Assembly: GCA_951406725.2 (NCBI GenBank)
Contig: OX597820.1
Coordinates: forward strand, 94,488,001 to 94,552,000
DNA length: 64,000 bases
Direction: 5' to 3'
DNA from: Octopus vulgaris
Lineage: Eukaryota
Position 1 is the stretch's first letter, and each line of letters begins with the position of its first letter. A program made the position numbers and the translations under genes. The notes below the pieces were generated by a model. The model was not told where the DNA came from, did no database searches, and was given only the letters and a program-made list of their open reading frames with translations. Of this stretch, positions 55,600-64,000 are shown piece by piece.

Positions 55600-57530
55600 G
55601 AGAAAGGCCGCCTCCGTAACGGACTAAGAAAGTTATTGAAAAGTTTGAAAGTAGCAACGAAAAATCTTTGACAAACAAAAACAAATCAAGTTCCACAGTT
55701 TGTTTCACACTATCTGGGGACCATACTTAGGAGCAGTATTCCAAGCGGCTGAGAACGAAAGTCTTCCATAGGTGTAGCAGGGCCTTCCTTTTCCTGGTTC
55801 TGAATGTCCTCAGAGTCCAGCCAGTCAGCCACTCGCCTGCACAGTGTTGCCATCTTGGTAATATGCACATAGAATGTTGCATAATTGCTCATGTGAAGCC
55901 GCACCGACTCTGACTCTGGGATCGTATTACCTTCTGGCCCAGTGTATTCCGGTATTGGACCGATAGTGGAGTGCCTGAAATTTCATAGCATTGAATTGCA
56001 TACTATATTTGTTAGCCCATTTGTAGATTTCATTCAGGTATTTTTGAAGTTTTATGATGTCTTCTGGGTTCCTTATTACTTGCGATACTTTTGTGTCGTC
56101 AGCATAACCGGTCAGATTGGCTGATTGTACGGTGGAGAGTATGTCTGAGAGGGCTACCGTCAATAGTAGTGTCCCCAGTACAGTTCTCTGTGGGACTAAG
56201 CTGCAAATTGGCTACAACTGTCTGACTCCTGACTACAACTGTCTGACTCCTGCTCTTCAGAAAGTCATGAAGTCACTCTCCCAGTTTCTCGGCAATACCA
56301 AGGATTCGCAGCTTGTGACATATCATCCCATGATCAACCTGGTCGAAGACCTTGGTAAAGTCGAGGTATATCACGTCTAGAGCTAACTGGTTTAGCTATT
56401 GCTTCAGTATCCAGTCAAAGTGCTGCAGCAACTGTGTGAAACAGCTCCTCCCTGGACGGAAGCCATGTTACGTGTTTGTGAGAAGGTTGTTTTCTTCTAG
56501 GAATGTGATCAGCCTTTTTCTAACAATACGTTCCATTGTCTCGCTAACATGTGAGGACAAAGAGATGGGACTGTAGTTTTTAGCATCTGCTCTGCTCCCT
56601 ACCTCATGGACAGGACATATTAAACCCTCTTTGTTCATGTTGGGAAGTTTACCATATGCAAGGAAACTCTGAAAGAGTATCTGCAGTAGCTTTGCAAGAG
56701 CCTTTTTACATGTCTTTAAGAGAACAGACGGGAGTCCATCTGGGCCTGTTGCTGAGTTTGATCTCATCTCATCAATGGCCGATATTACATACTCTTGTGT
56801 TATGTCGATGTAATCAATGGTTGCCTCTTTTCCGAATATATTCATTACATAGAAAACTCCTTCGGCTTGTTTATTTGCATATTTTCCAGTGGAGGAGTGA
56901 AAACACTTCGGAATTGTTTATTTAGTGCTTAACTCATTCTCTGGGTCTGCGGTTAGTGAACCGTTCTTAGCAAATTGTGGTCCTAACTTATATCGTGCTG
57001 AGTCAGACTACTTTGACAACGTGTAGAAGACTTTAGGATTTCTTTTTATATTTTCGAATGTCCAGATATGTCTTTCTTCTCTTTCTTTTTCATGGGAAAT
57101 TTTGAGTTCATTTTCTATATCGAGGAGTTCCTCTGTCAAGTGAGATTTCACACGGTTATTAAGGTGTTTGTTTAAATGATTCGAGATCGTTATTCTCCGC
57201 CGCAGGTGTATTCTCCTGTTTCGGGGAATGATGTTTTTGTGTGTATTGGTTCCCCTCTCAGGGACATATTTAATGCGTATGACTCGCATAATTGACATTA
57301 ATTTATTGAGTTTCACATCTATGTCATGCATAGAGATGCTTTTAGTCCAGTCTTGCTGGAGTATTTGTTTTTCAACTTACTTCCAGTCAGCCTTATAGAA
57401 ATTTAGGCTCGATAGGGTTTGAGCGCCATCTGTGCGGAGTTTATCTTTAGTTAATTCCGGGCCATACATTGTCAGTTCTGTCCAGAGGTCCTGGACATTT
57501 TTGTGCCTGGTTGGACTGAGTATGATCTGC

Positions 57531-57535
<5 letters not shown>
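55600..57535 (-). mobile_element. Decayed CR1/L2/Jockey-group LINE ORF2 fragment, mostly right arm only
   Basis: SLNFYKADWK, NIKRNPKVFY, NSATGPDGLPSVLLK, NYSPISLSSHVSETMERIV, GYADDTKV. Confidence 0.88.
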
Positions 57536-57599
<64 letters not shown>

Positions 57600-58090
57600 A
57601 GCCAACTGGAGATGTTCTCCTGGGGCTACAAGCTACAGTAGCATCCTCTCTTAGTGGTTAGCCACATTTAAATGGCAAATATACTTCACATTGTCGTGTC
57701 GTTCAGAGATTTATTATTGCTTATATATATATATGTTTTGAGAAAAAAGTCGTTAGAATTTTGGAAAAACATCTTGTTCATAATTCTCGAACTTGTCAAA
57801 TAAAATTTATATTTAGAATATAAAATGTCCTGTTACTCCTTCCAAACATTCATTTTTGGAGGGAATTTCTTGATGAAATGTAGTTCTGCATTAAAAAATA
57901 TTAATATAATATTTGCAAATTAACAATTTAAAAAATCAATCAACAAATAAAATATACTAAAAGAATACATACATACATATATATATATAGTTAATCCAAA
58001 CAAGAATTCACAAAAAAAACACACAACAACGCGAGGACGTGGAACAAATATAGTATTATTGGACGCTCAGGAAAGAAGGAAAGAAGGAGG

Positions 58091-58125
58091 GTTTAACGTT
58101 TCGAGCGGAGCTCTTCGTCGGAAAC
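58091..58125 (-). ncRNA. Mirror copy of the hammerhead-like motif
   Basis: Exact reverse complement of 27718-27752. Confidence 0.65.
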
Positions 58126-58528
58126 ATAGGAGAAGGAAAGATCCAGAGAAGGGAAGACAGAGGAAAAAAATTGCCAACGGTACACACGAGGTCACACACA
58201 CACACATATATATATATATGAGAGTCCAAAGTGTACGCATGCCGCTATAGCTATATAAGAAATACAAAAAAAATGGGACAAGAACGCAACCGGCGACAAA
58301 AAGACATCCAGACAGTTAGATGATACAAAAAGGGACAAGAGAAAAACAAAAACGGTTCATTCGGAGTTTTCTTTCGTCAATCGAGTTCCAGATTATCTTT
58401 TCAGTTTCGGCTGGTTATACTCGACGAAACTGCAAAAATAATCTGGAACTCGACTGAGGAATGACTCCTCCTTGTTTTTTCTTGTCTCTTTTTGTATCAT
58501 CTAACTGTCTGGATGCCCCATTTTTGTA

Positions 58529-58583
<55 letters not shown>

Positions 58584-58697
58584 GAATGTATGTATATATA
58601 CGTAAATCTAAAACATCCCAATGCTACACACATATATCTGAACATTTGTAGAGATGTACCACATTTGGTATAAAGTATTCAAATTCTCGACTTTACC

Positions 58698-61600
58698 TTC
58701 AAACATTCAATTTTGGAGAGAATTTTTGATGAAATCTAGTTCCATTGCTTTTCAGTAATGCAGATCGTCCCGTGCACATTTGTAAAAGGGAAAAATGTTT
58801 AACTTTTGGAGGCTGCATATTTCCAGATGCTTACTTAATGGAATCTTGCGTAATTCCTCTTGTCGGATATGTTGCCTGTGGATTCTTGCACGTTGGCAGA
58901 GGGAATTATTTGTTTCACCAATGTAATTTTCTTAGCAGTTTGGGCAGGTAATGCAGTATATGAGGTTTTGCCTTTTGCAGTTCATGTCTGCATTTTGAAA
59001 AGGGATCCGCTTTTGAATTTTATGTAAGAACCCCTTTCCAAGTATTTGAAGTTGTTGATGTTGCGTGTTCCACATCTTCTAACTCCACATTCTTTTACTA
59101 AGAATTCAGATTCATTCTCTGATTTGAATTCTGCCCTTGTGAGGTGTTTTTTAAGATTTTTTGGTTGGCATCTGCTATTCCGTAAGGTGTTTTTTTTCAA
59201 TCAGATTTTTCATTTTGGGTCTTTGTAGGAGTACAGGTAAGTTCGTGGAAGATGGTAATTCCAGGACTATGTGTGTTTATGAACGGAATCGTGTTTTCAT
59301 TAACTTTTTCCTTAGGTATTCGTAGATGTGTGATATTCAGTTCCATCGCTTTTTTAATTCCCTCATTAATTAATCCTAAGGGGTATTTCTGTGTTGTGGG
59401 GAAGCCTTTGATTTCGTTGAGTCGGATTTCACGTATTTTGGGGTCAGTCATTATAGCACAGATGCGTCTATGGCAAGAGTAGAAATTTAAATATTGGTTG
59501 GTGTCGGTGTTTTATAAAATATGTTTGTTGTGACTGTGGAGTTCTGTATTTTTATATGGATATCCTGGAATGGTAGTTCATTGCAAATGGATTCTGTCGT
59601 GAATTTGAAGGATGGGTCAAGTGTGTTCAGTATATTGTTAAATATATTTAGATCTTCATTCGATTTGTCCCAGAAGATGAAGCAATCATCAAGGAAGCGT
59701 TTCCACTTTTTAATATATTTCTTGAACTCCTGATCAAAAGTTTTTTCTACTTCCTCATAAAGTTTTTCTTCCAAGTATCCCATTACTAAGTTTGCATATG
59801 AGATCGTAAACCGCGTACCCATGGCCGTGTCATTTTTTGTCGATATGTTTTATTGTCGAATCTAAAGGTATTTTCCTCTAGTACTAGGTGTGTGGCCTTG
59901 GTGATGAAGTCAGTGTTGAAACGTTCATTTATCCGTTCTCTGTGTTCCTCTACCCGGTATTTGATTGCTTCTAGGCCTAAAGTGTGAGGTATATTAGTAT
60001 AGAGATTGGTGCCATCAAAACGTGTGAGTATAGTACCTTCTGCGACAGTGGAAGGGATGTGTTGGATGAAATCTATACCATCATGTACATAATTGGGTAT
60101 TAAAAGCTACAAAGGTTTTAGGAGTATATCCAAAAAATGACTTAGTTGTTGTGTTGGTGTTTGATTTCCAGCAACTATTGGTCTTAGTTTGAGGTCAGAA
60201 GGCCTTATTATTTTTACGTATTGGTTCTTCTTATTTATGGCACTTTGTATTTCGGAGCTTTTGTGGGTTTTGGGTAATCCGTAGAAATTACTCTCTTTGA
60301 TTACAGAGCTGCATATATAATATTTCTCCTTGTCTGTGAAGGAATCTTGGAATTCATTGATTAGTCTCCTGATTTTATTCATTATTGTTTTTTTCTTTTA
60401 GGATGACTGAGATGTCATTCTTCAGTGTTTGTAAGGCTTCCTTTTCTTCTTCACGAAGGTTTTGTTTGCATCTGTGGGTATTTAGGGGAAATTTTTAAAT
60501 CGTGCCTATATATACGTCTAAATATTTGTCCTTTCCCTTGTAGCGGATGAAGTGGGATTTATTTCTGACTATTATTCATCATTTAAATCTTTATTGCTGA
60601 AGAATTCTATAAGTCGGAGGTGGCGGTTGAAGTGTTCAGTATCAGATTCCAGTTCTATGAGATTAGGTGTAGGTGTCGGGGTAAACTTGAAACCTTTTAA
60701 TAGGAGGATCATCTCATTCTCGTTTGACAAATTTATGATCTTCGGGTCTATATGTTGTGTGTGTGTTCATTTAAATTTTGTGTATTATCGGGTCTGGTGT
60801 GTGATTTTAGTATCTTCTCCATCAAAAAGGAATTGTGTCACCATGTCTCCGTTTTCTGATCTCGGCGTTCTGGTTTCCATGTAAGTGGGAGGATGGTTCA
60901 TATCTTTTATATGAATTCCGCTGGTTATAAGTTTTGTTTTCTTCCCTTCCTCCATGCTCTTTTCGCCATTCAGGATATATGGGATTTTTGGTCGTAAATC
61001 GTGGGTTGCTTGAGTTATCATGATGATTATTATTCCTATTATAGTACCCGTGCTGTCTGTATTTTATTTGTCTCTCTTCCTATGTATTCATCCATCTAGG
61101 GTACATGTTATTTTCGGTTGGTGGTTGTCTGTATGATATTTGCCTATCATGCCCTTTTTCTTTTTATTTATCCATCTATGGTGTGTTGATTTATGGGTTG
61201 ATGGTCGTCTTCTATATTTCATGTGTTGGTTATTTGCAGTGTTATGCATTGAAGAATATATATTTCTTTATTACCCACACGGGGCTAAACATAGAGAGGA
61301 CAATCAAGGACGGACAAAGGAATTAAGTCGATTGCACCGTCCCCAGTGCGTAACTGGTACTTAATTTATCGACCCCGAAAGGATGAAAGGTAAAGCCGAC
61401 CACGGCGGAATTTGAACTCAGAACGTAACGGCAGACGAAATACGGCAACGCATTTCGCCCGGCGTGCTAACGTTTCTGCCAGCTCGCCGCATTGTAGAAT
61501 ATAGGTTTCTAGTCTGTACTTGGGGTGAGACATGGGTCATTTCCGCGTATGTTCTTGGGTAATTAGAGGTTCGTTACCTCAGTTCGGTTCTTCTGGTGTT

Positions 61601-61792
61601 AGTGTCTAAGTTTGTTTTCGATTTCTTCGTATTTCTTCGTGTTGTTGTGGTTTCGTTTTCATTATGCATTTGTCTCCATGGTTTTCTTCATAGTTAGTGA
61701 CTCACTCTTGTTGTTTTTCCTACATTTTTATGGATTTTTCTTCTTCCCGCTTTGTGGCTTCTTTCCATAGTTTTTGCAGTTTTCATGACATT
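58698..61792 (-). mobile_element. Mirror copy of the Penelope-like element, interrupted by a SINE
   Basis: ORFs 60107-60382, 59487-59822, 59197-59451 and 58982-59200 mirror the left-arm frames. Confidence 0.93.
61261..61490 (-). mobile_element. Young SINE family A insertion with 15-bp TSD, right arm only
   Basis: Flanked by gcattgaagaatata (61246-61260) and gcattgtagaatata (61489-61503); the left arm has a single empty site near 24583-24597. Confidence 0.92.
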
Positions 61793-64000
61793 GATTGTCA
61801 CTCCGCTCAGCAATTTCAGCAAACACACACAACGGGAGAAAGCACCCAGTACACACGCCAGAATCGTGTTGCAAAAGGTGAGACAAACTCCAAAGCGCTT
61901 GTGACAGGTAAAAAGTGTAATCTGTATCAGCTGCAAAATGTTCAAAGTTCGAGCAAAGACCATGCAGGGATGCGAGGACTTTTGAGGCATGACTAAGACG
62001 AGGCAAACTATTACACTGGTGCCAAGAAAAATTGTGATAAAATGAATTAGTATACCCGATGGTGTTAGGAAGGGAATGAATCCATGGAAAAAACTTTGTA
62101 CAGAAACGCAGTAGCAAGGTGTGTTCCTTAAAACATTATGAGGATTAAGATAGCATACTCTTGCTAATATGAAATCTCAAAATATTCTAATGATTCCTAC
62201 AACACATAATGTACTATTTGGAACCGGATATTCGCACAGTGACATCTGTGAAGAAAGAACTTGCAGGAAAATGAAAAAAATGTTCGTTCTCTCACAACAT
62301 TAAAGTTATCCATTCAAACGAGCTCTATTTCTCTGTACTCTGTCTCACGTCGCTACCTCTCATTCTTCCTGACCTTGTACGGAATTATTTTAAGCAATAC
62401 CAAACAATTAGTATCAACGTATGTTGCTATATATTAATACCTAGCTGAAAATTACTTTATTAGGGAAAACTACATGGAACAGTAAATTACGTACATTACA
62501 CACGTTGTCTTTAATAATATCTATTATTTACATTGACATCATGTCTCTGAAAGGAAGAAAAACTGCACTCTGTAAACACTGTCTATCCTTTGGTATTAAG
62601 AATGGCGTTTACGAATGCAAGCATTTCTATTTCTAGTACAGGAGCATGGCAGCAAGGTGTGTTCTCACACTCATTGGATATTAGTGAACAGTTTAAATAT
62701 TTCTCATGAATCTAGCGTCGCACAATGTGTGGGAAGTAGTCATTCATTCAATGATATTTAAAAAAAAAAGAAAGAAAGAAAATCCTGCAGCAATTTGAGA
62801 AAATATTTCTTGTGTCTTGAGTCTGATGGGCTGTGATATTTAAAGCAATTCTCAATTTCATTACGAACTATTATGCTAATACGAAAATATTTGTTTTAAA
62901 ATGTAAATATTATGAAATATTGCCAACCAATAGGTATTGATGTCATGTCTTCCATATAATCCAAATTAAGTAATTACAAATCTAATAATATTTATTCTAT
63001 ATTAAATAACTATAATATATTGCGTGTGTATTTTTTGCGATGTTTAAGATAAGGTAAATAACCTTAAAAAACCTATGTCCTTGCCATTGAAATAGTGCTG
63101 GTAGGATCACTAATTCATTAAAAAGATTTTTATTGGAAACCAGATATTTTCTCATCTCGAGATGAAAGGAAAGCATGCCATTGAAGATGTTATTAGAGCA
63201 AGCATTAAAGGATATATTGTATATTCATAATATCTATTATGAAAAATGACTTTGCAATCCGATATACTTTCTATAATAATATGTATTTTATATATTTCTA
63301 GGCGTAACCAGTACTAATGGAGTTCAAAACGGTAAATAATGCTTATATATAATTATGTTAATATTCAAAGATTCTTATAATTATAATATTCATCGTTTTA
63401 TTCATAGTTCTTAGGGCTAACAACCTGGCAGAATCTTTAACAGGTCTATCAAATTCTTAAGCAGGTCGTCATCTCTCCCCCTTCGGTATGCGTTGAAATG
63501 CTGCCGAGATTATCATTGCATTACCTCCTGTCGTAGACGTTAAAATATCTGAGTTCATGTAAACGATGGAGTAGATCCCCCACAAAATTGCTGTGACCAT
63601 ATTTGCAGCAATTTATAGTTTCATTACGAACTATTATAAAATACGAAATTATTTATGGTTTAAAATGTAAATATAATGAAATGTTGTCAGGCAATAACTA
63701 TTGATTTATGCTGCTATATATTGATACGTATCTGAAAGTTATTTTAAAGAATGTTATATGTTGCTTTAGGGAAAACATTGATGTATAATTTATTGTAAAT
63801 CAATGATTGAACTTCGGGCTATAGAAGATTACATGCATCACAAACATAGCCTTCAAAAAATATTTATAACTGGCATGGATATACTGTCTTAGTTTCAGAA
63901 GTGGTTAGTATAATAAATAGAATAGAAAGCCGATAATGATAATATATTTACGATAATTAAGCAGAGGGAGAACTGAAAATTGTGGAAGAAGTAAGATTCA

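Overview
AT-rich, repeat-dense eukaryotic DNA. The SINE families and (AAT)n/(TA)n/(TACA)n tracts resemble an octopus genome (inferred from recognition, not a search). I found no intact protein-coding gene: the listed ORFs are microsatellite translations or decayed transposon frames (Penelope-like, Dong/R4, RTE, CR1/L2-like, Tx1/L1-like, Tc1/mariner). The dominant structure is a giant palindrome: left arm 22032-41363, unique 2382-bp spacer 41364-43745, right arm 43746 to at least 64000. The arms differ by roughly 1-3% (estimated by eye) plus many arm-specific indels, but the innermost 951 bp look identical. Other notable features are a degenerate ~1.75-kb tandem array (about 8 units, 12680-23695, partly inside the palindrome) and short interspersed elements with minimal type-I hammerhead-ribozyme-like motifs, one of them present in only one arm.
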